The notes under the pieces were generated by a model. It saw only the letters and a program-made list of their open reading frames with translations. It made no database searches and was not told where the DNA came from. Shown piece after piece: positions 49,553 through 61,700 of a DNA stretch of 64,000 bases. A program made the position numbers and the translations under genes. The DNA comes from Malacoraja senta (Eukaryota): assembly GCA_038087875.1 (NCBI GenBank), contig JAXLNO010000101.1, forward strand, positions 1 to 64,000. Direction: 5' to 3'. Every line of letters starts with the position of its first letter. Position 1 is the first letter of the stretch.

Positions 49553-49743
49553 TATAGATTGATGATGCATAGCCAGCATCACTAACTACACCCCACTATA
49601 ACATTTTACTAACGCTTATTCCCAGCACCGTCAGTCTGAGCAGCTAGGATGTACTGACAACTTATTGTCTTCAAACGCCGCCAATTTACAGTGTTGATTA
49701 AAGCTGTGTTTAAATCATACACTGTCTCAGGTGCCTGTTTACA
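49553..49743 (+). repeat. Gypsy 3' LTR (191 bp, TA...CA)
   Basis: Compared with the 5' LTR it has a 17-bp deletion between CAT repeats, a 1-bp indel and about 19 substitutions (hand count). Confidence 0.95.
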
Positions 49744-52700
49744 CAAACCAAACCTCCTTTTGCATTTGCAAACCAAACCGCCATTTGCGTTTTCAAAACA
49801 AAACCACCATTTGCATTTTCTATCCAAACCACCATTTGCAATTTCAATCCAATCCTTTTGCATTTTCAAACCAAACCTTTTGCATTTTTAAACCAAACCA
49901 CGATTTGCATTTTCAAACCAAACCACCATTTGCATTTTCAAACCAAACCATTTGCATTTTCAAACCAAACCACCATTTGCATTTTCAATTCAAACATTCA
50001 TTTCCATTTTCAAAGCAAACCTGTTGCATTTTTAAAGCAAACCTTTTGCATTTCCAAGCAAACCTTTTTGCATTTTCAAACCGAATAACCTTTGCATTTT
50101 CAAACCAATCCACCATTTTACATTTTCAAACTAAACCTTTTGCATTTTCAAACCAATCCTTTTGCATTTTCGAACCAAACCTTTTGCATTTTCAAACCAA
50201 ACCTTTTGCATTTTCAATTCAAACCACCATTTGCATTCCCAAACAAAACCACCACATGTATTTTCAAACCAAACAACTATTTGCATTTTCAAACCAAACC
50301 ACCATTTGCATTTTCAAACTAAACCTTTTGCATTTTCAAACCAATCCGTTTGCATTTCCAAACCAAACCACCATATCCATTTTCAAACCAAAGCAACGTT
50401 TGCATTTTCAAACCAAACCACAATTAACGTTTTCAAACCAAACCACAATTTGCGTTTTCAAACCACCATTTGCATTTTCAGACCAAACCACCATATGCAT
50501 TTTGAATCCAATCGTTTTGCATTTTTAAACCAAACATTTTGCATTTTCAAACCAAACCACCATTAGCATTTTCAAACCAAACCACGATTTGCATTTTCAA
50601 ACCAAACCACCATTTGCATTTTCAAACCAAACCACCATTTGCATTTTCAAACTAAAGCTTTTGCATTTTCAAACCCAACCGTATGTATTTTCAAACCAAA
50701 CCACCTTTTGCATTTTCAAACAAAACCACCATTTGTCTTTTCAAACCAAACCATCATTTTGTATTTTCAAACCAAACCACCTTTTGCATGTTCAAACCAA
50801 ACCTCTTTTTCATCTTCAAAGCAAACTAACTTGTGCCTTTTCAAAGCCAACCTTTTGCATTTTCAAAGCAATCCTCCTTTTGCATTTTCAAACCAAACCA
50901 CATTTTGCATTTTCAAAGCAAACTAACTTGTGCCTTTTCAAAGCCTTTTGCATTTTCAAAGCAAACCTTTTGCATTTTAAAAGCAAACCACCTTTTGCAT
51001 ATCCAAACCAAACCACCATTTGTATTTTCAACCCAAACCACGTTTTGCATTTTAAAAACAAACCACTTTTTGCATTTTCAAAGCAAATCTTATGCATTTT
51101 CAAATCAAACCTCCCTTTGTATTTTCAAACCAAACCACCATTTGCGTTTTCGTACCAAACCACCATTTGCGTTTTTAAACCACCATTTGTGTTCTCAAAT
51201 CAAACCACCATTTGCATTTTCAATCCATTCCTTTTGCATTTTCAAACCAAACCTTTTGCATATCCAAACCAAACCATTTGATTTTTCAAACCAAACCACC
51301 ATTTGCATTTTCAAACAAAACCACCATTTGTCTTTTCAAACCAAACCATCATTTTGTATTTTCAAACCAAACCACCTTTTGCATTTTCAAACCAAACCTC
51401 TTTTTCATCTTCAAAGCAAACTAACTTGTGCCTTTTCAAAGCCAACCTTTTGAATTTTCAAAGCAATCCTCCTTTTGCATTTTCAAACCAAACCACATTT
51501 TGCATTTTCGAAGCAAACTACCTTTTGCATTTTGAAAGCAAACCTTTTGCATTTTAAAAGCAAACCACCTTTTGCATATCCAAACCAAACCACCATTTGT
51601 ATTTTCAACTCAAACCACGTTTTGCATTTTAAAAACAAACCACTTTTTGCATTTTCAAAGCAAATCTTATGCATTTTCAAATCAAACCTCCCTTTGTATT
51701 TTCAAACCAAACCACCATTTGCGTTTTCGAACCAAACCACCATTTGCGTTTTTAAACCACCATTTGCGTTCTCAAATCAAACCACCATTTGCATTTTCAA
51801 TCCAATCCTTTTGCATTTTCAAACCAAACCTTTTGCATATCCAAACCAAACCATTTGATTTTTCAAACCAAACCACCATTTGCATTTTCAAACCAAACCA
51901 ACATTTGCATTTTCATCCCAAATCACTATTTGTATTTTCAAAACGTTCCACCATATGCATTTTTAAAGCAAACCACAATTTGCATTTTCAAAGCAAACCC
52001 TCATTTGCATTTTCAAAGCAAACCTTTGGCATTTTTAAACCAAACAACCATTTGCATTTTCAAACCAAACCACCATTTGCATTTTCAAACTAAACCTTTT
52101 GCATTTTCAAACCAAACAGTTTGCAATTTCAAACAAAACCTTTTGCATTTTCAAACCAAACTTTTGCATTTTCAAACCAAACCACCATTGGCATTTTCAA
52201 ACAACACCACCATTTGCATTTTCAAACTAAACCACCACTTTCCATTTTCAAAGCAAACCACCTTTTGCATTTTCAAAGCAAACTATCATTTGCATGTCAA
52301 CGCAAACCCTTTGCATTTTCAAAGCAAACAATTTGCATTTTCAAAGCAAACCCTTTGCATTTTCAAAGCAAATTTTTGCATTTACGAGGCAAACATTTTG
52401 CATTTTCCAAGCAAACCTTTTGCATTTTCAAACCAACCCACCTTTTGCATTTTCAACCCAAACCACCTTTTGCATATTCAAAGCAAACCACGTTTTGCAT
52501 TTCAAAGCAAACCTTTTGCATTTTTAAAGCAAACCATTTGCATTTTCAAACGAAACCTCCTTTTGCATTTTCAAACCAAACCACCATTTCCGTTTACAAA
52601 CCAAAACTCCATTTGCGTTTTGAAACCACCATTTGCATTTTCAAACCAAACAACCGTTTGCATTTTCAATCCAAACATTTTGCATTTTCAAACCAAACCA

Positions 52701-55700
52701 CCATGTGCATGTTCAAACCAAACCACCATTCGCATTTTTAAACCAAAGCACCATTTGCATTTTCAAACCAAACCACCATTTGCATTTTCAAACTAAACCT
52801 TTTGCATTTTCAAACCAAACCACCATTTGAATTTTCAAACCAAATCACCATTTGTATTTTCAAACCAATACACCATTTGCATTTTCATCCCAGCCCACTA
52901 TTTTCATTTTCAAACCATACCATAATTTGCATTTTCATCCCAGACCACCTGTTGCATTTTCAAACCATACCAACATTTGCATTTTCAAATCAAACCACCA
53001 TTTGCATTTTCAAACCAAACCTTATGCATTCTCAATCCAATCCTTTTGCATTTTCAAACCAAACCTTTTGCATATTAAAACCAAACCACCATTTGATTTT
53101 TCAAACCAAATCACCATTTGTATTTTCAAACCAAACCACCATTTGCATTTTCAAACAACACCACCATTTGCATTTTCAAACCAAACGAATATTTTGCATT
53201 TTCTAAGCAAACCACCTTTTGCCATTTCAAAAATAAACCACCTTTGCATTTCATAGCAAACCACCTGTTGCATTTTCAAAGCAAACCACCATTTGCATTT
53301 TCAAAGCAAACCACCATTTGCATTTTCAAAGCAAAACACCGTGTGCATTTTCAAAGCAAACCACCTTTCCATTTACAAAGCAAACCACCATTTGCATTTT
53401 CAAAGCAAACCGCCATTTTCATTTTCAAAGGAAACCACCTTTTTCCATTGTCAAAACAAACCACCTTTTGCATTTTCTAAGCAAACCACCTTTTGCATTT
53501 TCAAAGCAAACCACCATTTGCATTTGCAAAGCTAACCATCACTTGCATTTGCAAAGCTAACCATCACTTGCATTGCAACGCAATCCTTTTGCATTTTCAA
53601 AGCAAACCCTTTGCATTTTCAAAGCCAAGATTTTGCATTTTCTCGGCAAACCTTTTACATTTTCAAAGCAAACATTTTGCATTTCCAAACCAAACCCCAT
53701 TTGCATTTTCAAGCCAAACCACCTTTTGCATTTTCAACACAAATCACCTTTTGCATATTCAAATCAAACCACTTTTTTTGCATTTTCAAAGCAAACCTTT
53801 TGCATTTTTAAAGCAAACCTTTTGCATTTTCAAACCAAACCTCCTTTTGCATTTTCAAACCAAACCACCTTTTGCATTTTCAACACAAATCACCTTTTGC
53901 ATATTCAAATCAAACCACTTTTTTGCATTTTCATAGCAAACCTTTTGCATTTTCAAACCAACCCTCCTTTCCCATTTTCAAAGAAACCGTTTTGCATTTT
54001 CAAACCAAACCTCCTTTTGAATTTTCAAACTAAACCAACATTTGCATTTTCAAACCAAACCACCATTTGCATTTTAAAACCGAAGCTCCTTTTTCGTTTT
54101 CAAACCAAATTTCCATTTGCATTTTCAAAGTAAACCTTCTGCATTTTCTAAGCAAACCATTTTGCATTTTCAAAACAAAGCACCATTTGCATTTTCAAAG
54201 CAAACCACCTTCTCCATTTTCAAAGCAAACCACCTTTCGCAATTTCAAAGCAAACCACCTTTTGCATTTTCAAAGCAAACCAGCTTTTGCATTGTCAAAG
54301 CAAACCACCATTTGACTTTTCAATGTAAACCACCTTCTCCATTTTCAAAGCAAACTAACTTTTGCATTTTCAAAACAAACCTTTTGCATTTACATAGCAA
54401 ATCACATTTTGCATTTTCAAACCAAATCTCCTTTTGCATTTTCAAACCAAACCACCTTTTGCATCTTCAAAGCAAACTACCTGTTGCATTTTCAAAGCAG
54501 ACCACCTTTTGCATTGTCAAAGCAAACTTTTGAATTATCAAACACACCTTTTGCATTTTCAAACCAAACAACCATTTGCATTTTCAAAGCAAACCACCTT
54601 TTGCATTTTCAAAGCAAACCTTTTGCATTTTCAAACCAACCCTCCTTTCCCATTTTCAAAGAAACCGTTTTGCATTTTCAAACCAAACCTCCTTTTGAAT
54701 TTTCAAACTAAACCAACATTTGCATTTTCAAACCAAACCACCATTTGCATTTTAAAACCGAAGCTCCTTTTTCGTTTTCAAACCAAATTTCCATTTGCAT
54801 TTTCAAAGTAAACCTTCTGCATTTTCTAAGCAAACCATTTTGCATTTTCAAAACAAAGCACCATTTGCATTTTCAAAGCAAACCACCTTCTCCATTTTCA
54901 AAGCAAACCACCTTTCGCAATTTCAAAGCAAACCACCTTTTGCATTTTCAAAGCAAACCAGCTTTTGCATTTTCAAAGCAAACCACCATTTGACTTTTCA
55001 ATGTAAACCACCTTCTCCATTTTCAAAGCAAACTAACTTTTGCATTTTCAAAACAAACCTTTTGCATTGTCAAAGCAAACTTTTGAATTATCAAACACAC
55101 CTTTTGCATTTTCAAACCAAACCACCTTTTGCATTTTTAAAGCAAATTAACGTTTGCATTTTCAAAGCCAACCTTTCGCATTTTCAAAGCCAACCTTTCG
55201 CATTTTCAAAGCAAACCTTTTGCATTTTCAAAGCCAACGTTTTTGCATTTTCAAAGCAAACCACCATTTGCATTTTCAAAGCAAACCACCATTTGCATTT
55301 TCAAAGCAGATAACCTTTTGCATGTTCAATGCAAAGCAGCATTTTCATTTTCATAGCAAGCCACCTGTTGCATTTTCAAAGCCAACCGCCTTTTGCATTT
55401 TCAAAGCAAACCGCCTTTTGCATTTGCAAAGCAAACCACCATTGGCATTTTCAACGCAAACCTTTGGCATGTTCAAAGCAAACGCTTTGCATTTTCAAAG
55501 CTTTTGCATTTTCTTGGCAAACCTTTTGCATTTTCAAAGCAAACCATTTGCATTTTCAAAGCAAACCACCTTTTGCATTTTCAACGAAAACCACCATTTG
55601 CATTTCGGAACCAAACCACCATTTGCATTTTCAAAGCAAACCAACTTTTGCATTTTCAAAGCAAACTACCTTTTGCATTTTGAAAGCAAACCTTTTGCAT

Positions 55701-58700
55701 TTTCAAACCAAACCACCTTTTGCATTTCCAAACCAAACAACCATTTGCATTTTCAACCCAAACCCCCTTTTGTATTTTCAAAGCAAACCACTTTTTACAT
55801 TTTCAAAGCTAATCTTTTGCATTTTCAAATCAAACCTTTTGCATTTACAAATCAAACCTTTTGCATTTTCATAGCAAACCACCGTTTGCATTTTGAAAGC
55901 AAACCACCGTTTGCATTTTCATAGCAATCCACATTTTGCATTTTCAAAGCAAATCTTTTGCATTTACAAAGCATACCACATTTTGCATTTTCAAACCAAA
56001 CCTCCGTTTTGCATTTTCAATCCTAACCACCTTTTGCGTCTTCAATGCAAACTACCTTTTGCATTTTGAAAGCAAACCTTTTGCATTTTCAAAGCATACC
56101 ACCTTTTGCATTACCAAAGAAAACCTTTTGCATTTTCAAAGCAAACCTTTTGCATTTTCAAAGCAAACCTTTTGCATTTTCAAACAAAACATCCTTTTGC
56201 AATTTCACACCTATCCACCATTTGCATTTTCAAACCAAAGCTCCATTTGCATTTTCAAACCAAACCTCCTTTGGATTTTCTAACCAAATCACCTTTTGAA
56301 TTTTCAAAGCAAACCACCTTTTGCAGTTTCAAAGCAAACTTTTGAATTTTCAAACACATCTTGTGCATTTTCAAACCAAACCTCCTTTTGCATTTTAAAG
56401 CAATCCTTTTGCATTTACAAAGCAAACCTTTTGCATTTTCAAACCAAATCTCCTTTTGCATTTGCAAACCAAACCACTTTTTGCATTTTCAAAACAAACC
56501 TTTTGCATTTTGAAAGCAAATCACCTTTTGCATTTTCAAACCAAACCACCTTTTGCATTTTCAAAGACATTTTTTGAATGACCAAACAAACCTTTTGCAT
56601 TTTCAAACTAACCCACCTTTTGCATTTTCAAAGCAAAATTTTGAATTATCAAACACACCTTTTGCATTTTCAAACCAAACCACCTTTTGCATTTTTAAAG
56701 CAAATTAACTTTTGCATTTTCAAAGCCAACCTTTCGCATTTTCAAAGCCAACCTTTCGCATTTTCAAAGCAAACCTGTTGCATTTTCAAAGCAAACGTTT
56801 TTGCATTTTCAAAGCAAACCACCATTTGCATTTTGAAACCAAATCACCTTTTGAATTTTCAAAGCAAACCACCTTTTGCATTTTCAAAGCAAACTTTTGA
56901 ATTTTCAAACACATCTTGTCCATTTTCAAACCAAACCTCCTTTTGCATTTTAAAGCAATCCATTTGCATTTACAAAGCAAACCTTTTGCATTTTCAAACC
57001 AAATCTCCTTTTGCATTTGCAAACCAAACCACTTTTTGCATTTTCAAAACAAACCTTTTGCATTTTTAAAGCAAATCACCTTTTGCATTTTCAAACCAAA
57101 CCACCTTTTGCATTTTCAAAGAAAATGTTTGAATTACCAAACAAACCTTTTGCATTTTCAAACTAACCCACCTTTTGCATTTTCAAAGCAAAATGTTGAA
57201 TTATCAAACACACCTTTTGCATTTTCAAACCAAACCACCTTTTGCATTTTTAAAGCAAATTATCTTTTGCATTTTCAAAGCCAAACTTTCGCATTTTCAA
57301 AGCCAACCTTTCGCATTTTCAAAGCCAACCTTTCGCATTTTCAAAGCAAACCTGTTGCATTTTCAAAGCAAACGTTTTTGCATTTTCAAAGCAAACCACC
57401 ATTTGCATTTTGAAACCAAATCACTTTTGAATTTTCAAAGCAAACCACCTTTTGCATTTTCAAAGCAAACTTTTGAATTTTCAAACACATCTTGTGCATT
57501 TTCAAACCAAACCTCCTTTTGCATTTTAAAGCAATCCTTTTGCATTTACAAAGCAAACCTTTTGCATTTTCAAACCAAATCTCCTTTTGCATTTGCAAAC
57601 CAAACCACTTTTTGCATTTTCAAAACAAACCTTTTGCATTTTCAAAGCAAATCACCTTTTGCATTTTCAAACCAAACCACCTTTTGCATTTTCAAAGAAA
57701 ATTTTTGAATTACCAAACAAACCTTTTGCATTTTCAAACTAACCCACCTTTTGCATTTTCAAAGCAAAATTTTGAATTATCAAACATACCTTTTGCATTT
57801 TCAAACCAAACCACCTTTTGCATTTTTAAAGCAAATTAACTTTTGCATTTTCAAAGCCAACCTTTCGCATTTTCAAAGCCAACCTTTCGCATTTTCAAAG
57901 CAAACCTTTTGCATTTTCAAAGCAAACGTTTTTGCATTTTCAAAGCAAACCACCATTTGCATTTTGAAACCAAACCACCTTTTGCATTTTTAAAGCAAAT
58001 TATCTTTTGCATTTTCAAAGCCAACCTTTCGCGTTTTCAAAGCCAACCTTTCGCATTTTCAAAGCAAACCTTTTGCATTTTCAAAGGAAACGTTTTTGCA
58101 TTTTCAAAGCAAACCACCATTTGCATTTTCAAAGCAAACCACCATTTGGATTTTCAAAGCAGATCACCTTTTGCATGTTTAATGTAAAGCAACTGTTTCA
58201 TTTTCATATCAAGCCACCTGTTGCATTTTCAAAGCCAACCGCATTTGCATTTTCAAAGCAAACCGCCTTTTGCATTTGCAAAGCAAACCACCATTGGCAT
58301 TTTCAACGCAAACCTTTGGCATTTTCAAAGCAAACCTTTTGCATTTTCAAAGATTTTGCATTTTCTTGGCAAACCTTTTGCATTACCAAAGAAAACCTTT
58401 TGCATTTTCAAAGCAAACCTTTTGCATTTTCAAAGCAAACCTTTTGCATTTTCAAACAAAACATCCTTTTGCAATTTCACACCTATCCACCATTTGCATT
58501 TTCAAACCAAAGCTCCATTTGCATTTTCAAACCAAACCTCCTTTGGATTTTCTAACCAAATCACCTTTTGAATTTTCAAAGCAAACCACCTTTTGCAGTT
58601 TCAAAGCAAACTTTTGAATTTTCAAACACATCTTGTGCATTTTCAAACCAAACCTCCTTTTGCATTTTAAAGCAATCCTTTTGCATTTACAAAGCAAACC

Positions 58701-61700
58701 TTTTGCATTTTCAAACCAAATCTCCTTTTGCATTTGCAAACCAAACCACTTTTTGCATTTTCAAAACAAACCTTTTGCATTTTGAAAGCAAATCACCTTT
58801 TGCATTTTCAAACCAAACCACCTTTTGCATTTTCAAAGACATTTTTTGAATTACCAAACAAACCTTTTGCATTTTCAAACTAACCCACCTTTTGCATTTT
58901 CAAAGCAAAATTTTGAATTATCAAACACACCTTTTGCATTTTCAAACCAAACCACCTTTTGCATTTTTAAAGCAAATTAACTTTTGCATTTTCAAAGCCA
59001 ACCTTTCGCATTTTCAAAGCCAACCTTTCGCATTTTCAAAGCAAACCTGTTGCATTTTCAAAGCAAACGTTTTTGCATTTTCAAAGCAAACCACCATTTG
59101 CATTTTGAAACCAAATCACCTTTTGAATTTTCAAAGCAAACCACCTTTTGCATTTTCAAAGCAAACTTTTGAATTTTCAAACACATCTTGTCCATTTTCA
59201 AACCAAACCTCCTTTTGCATTTTAAAGCAATCCATTTGCATTTACAAAGCAAAACTTTTGCATTTTCAAACCAAATCTCCTTTTGCATTTGCAAACCAAA
59301 CCACTTTTTGCATTTTCAAAACAAACCTTTTGCATTTTGAAAGCAAATCACCTTTTGCATTTTCAAACAAAACCACCTTTTGCATTTTCAAAGAAATTTT
59401 TTGAATTACCAAACAAACCTTTTGCATTTTCAAACTAACCCACCTTTTGCATTTTCAAAGCAAAATTTTGAATTATCAAACACACCTTTTGCATTTTCAA
59501 ACCAAACCACCTTTTGCATTTTTAAAGCAAATTAACTTTTGCATTTTCAAAGCCAACCTTTCGCATTTTCAAAGCCAACCTTTCGCATTTTCAAAGCAAA
59601 CCTGTTGCATTTTCAAAGCAAACGTTTTTGCATTTTCAAAGCAAACCACCATTTGCATTTTGAAACCAAATCACCTTTTGAATTTTCAAAGCAAACCACC
59701 TTTTGCATTTTCAAAGCAAACTTTTGAATTTTCAAACACATCTTGTCCATTTTCAAACCAAACCTCCTTTTGCATTTTAAAGCAATCCATTTGCATTTAC
59801 AAAGCAAACCTTTTGCATTTTCAAACCAAATCTCCTTTTGCATTTGCAAACCAAACTACTTTTTGCATTTTCAAAACAAACCTTTTGCATTTTCAAAGCA
59901 AATCACCTTTTGCATTTTCAAACCAAACCACCTTTTGCATTTTCAAAGAAAATGTTTGAATTACCAAACAAACCTTTTGCATTTTCAAACTAACCAACCT
60001 TTTGCATTTTCAAAGCAAAATGTTGAATTATCAAACACACCTTTTGCATTTTCAAACCAAACCACCTTTTGCATTTTTAAAGCAAATTATCTTTTGCATT
60101 TTCAAAGCCAAACTTTCGCATTTTCAAAGCCAACCTTTCGCATTTTCAAAGCAAACCTTTTGCATTTTCAAAGCAAACGTTTTTGAATTTTCAAAGCAAA
60201 CGTTTTTGCATTTTCAAAGCAAACCACCATTTGCATTTTGAAACCAAATCACTTTTGAATTTTCAAAGCAAACCACCTTTTGCATTTTCAAAGCAAACTT
60301 TTGAATTTTCAAACACATCTTGTGCATTTTCAAACCAAACCTCCTTTTGCATTTTAAAGCAATCCTTTTGCATTTACAAAGCAAACCTTTTGCATTTTCA
60401 AACCAAATCTCCTTTTGCATTTGCAAACCAAACCACTTTTTGCATTTTCAAAACAAACCTTTTGCATTTTCAAAGCAAATCACCTTTTGCATTTTCAAAC
60501 CAAACCACCTTTTGCATTTTCAAAGAAAATTTTTGAATTACCAAACAAACCTTTTGCATTTTCAAACTAACCCACCTTTTGCATTTTCAAAGCAAAATTT
60601 TGAATTATCAAACACACCTTTTGCATTTTCAAACCAAACCACCTTTTGCATTTTTAAAGCAAATTAACTTTGCATTTTCAAAGCCAACCTTTCGCATTTT
60701 CAAAGCCAACCTTTCGCATTTTCAAAGCAAACCTTTTGCATTTTCAAAGCAAACGTTTTTGCATTTTCAAAGCAAACCACCATTTGCATTTTGAAACCAA
60801 ACCACCTTTTGCATTTTTAAAGCAAATTAACTTTTGCATTTTCAAAGCCAACCTTTCGCGTTTTCAAAGCCAACCTTTCGCATTTTCAAAGCAAACCTTT
60901 TGCATTTTCAAAGGAAACGTTTTTGCATTTTCAAAGCAAACCACCATTTGCATTTTCAAAGCAAACCACCATTTGGATTTTCAAAGCAGATCACCTTTTG
61001 CATGTTTAATGTAAAGCAACTGTTTCATTTTCATATCAAGCCACCTGTTGCATTTTCAAAGCCAACCGCATTTGCATTTTCAAAGCAAACCGCCTTTTGC
61101 ATTTGCAAAGCAAACCACCATTGGCATTTTCAACGCAAACCTTTGGCATTTTCAAAGCAAACCCTTTGCATTTTCAAAGATTTTGCATTTTCTTGGCAAA
61201 CCTTTTGCATTTTCAAAGCAAACCATTTGCTTTTTCAAAGCAAACCACCTTTTGCATTTTCAAAGAAAACCACCTTTTGCATTTCCAAACCAAACCACCA
61301 TTTGCATTTTCAACCCAAACCCCCTTTTGTATTTTCAAAGCAAACCTTTTGCATTTTCAAATCAAATCTTTTGCATTTACAAATCAAACCTTTTGCATTT
61401 TCATAGCGAACCACCGTTTGCATTTTGAAAGCAAACCACCGTTTGCATTTTCATAGCAATCCACATTTTGCATTTTCAAAGCAAATCAACTTTTGCATTT
61501 TCAAAGCAAACCTTTTGCATTTTCCAAGCAAACCTTTTGCATTTACAAAGCAAACCACCTTTTGCATTTTCAAACCAAACCTCCGTTTTGCATTTTCAAT
61601 CCTAACCACCTTTTGCATCTTCAATGCAAACTACCTTTTGTATTTTCAAAGCAAACCAACTTTTGCATTACCAAAGAAAACCTTTTGCAATTTCAAAGCA

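Larger units (their letters stand above)
33740..49743 (+). mobile_element. Full-length, decayed Ty3/Gypsy LTR retrotransposon, split by an 11,370-bp nested DIRS insertion
   Basis: Paired LTRs, PBS and PPT are present. The 5-bp TSD CAAAC is at 33735-33739 and 49744-49748. Domain order is gag-PR-RT-RH-IN. Confidence 0.96.
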
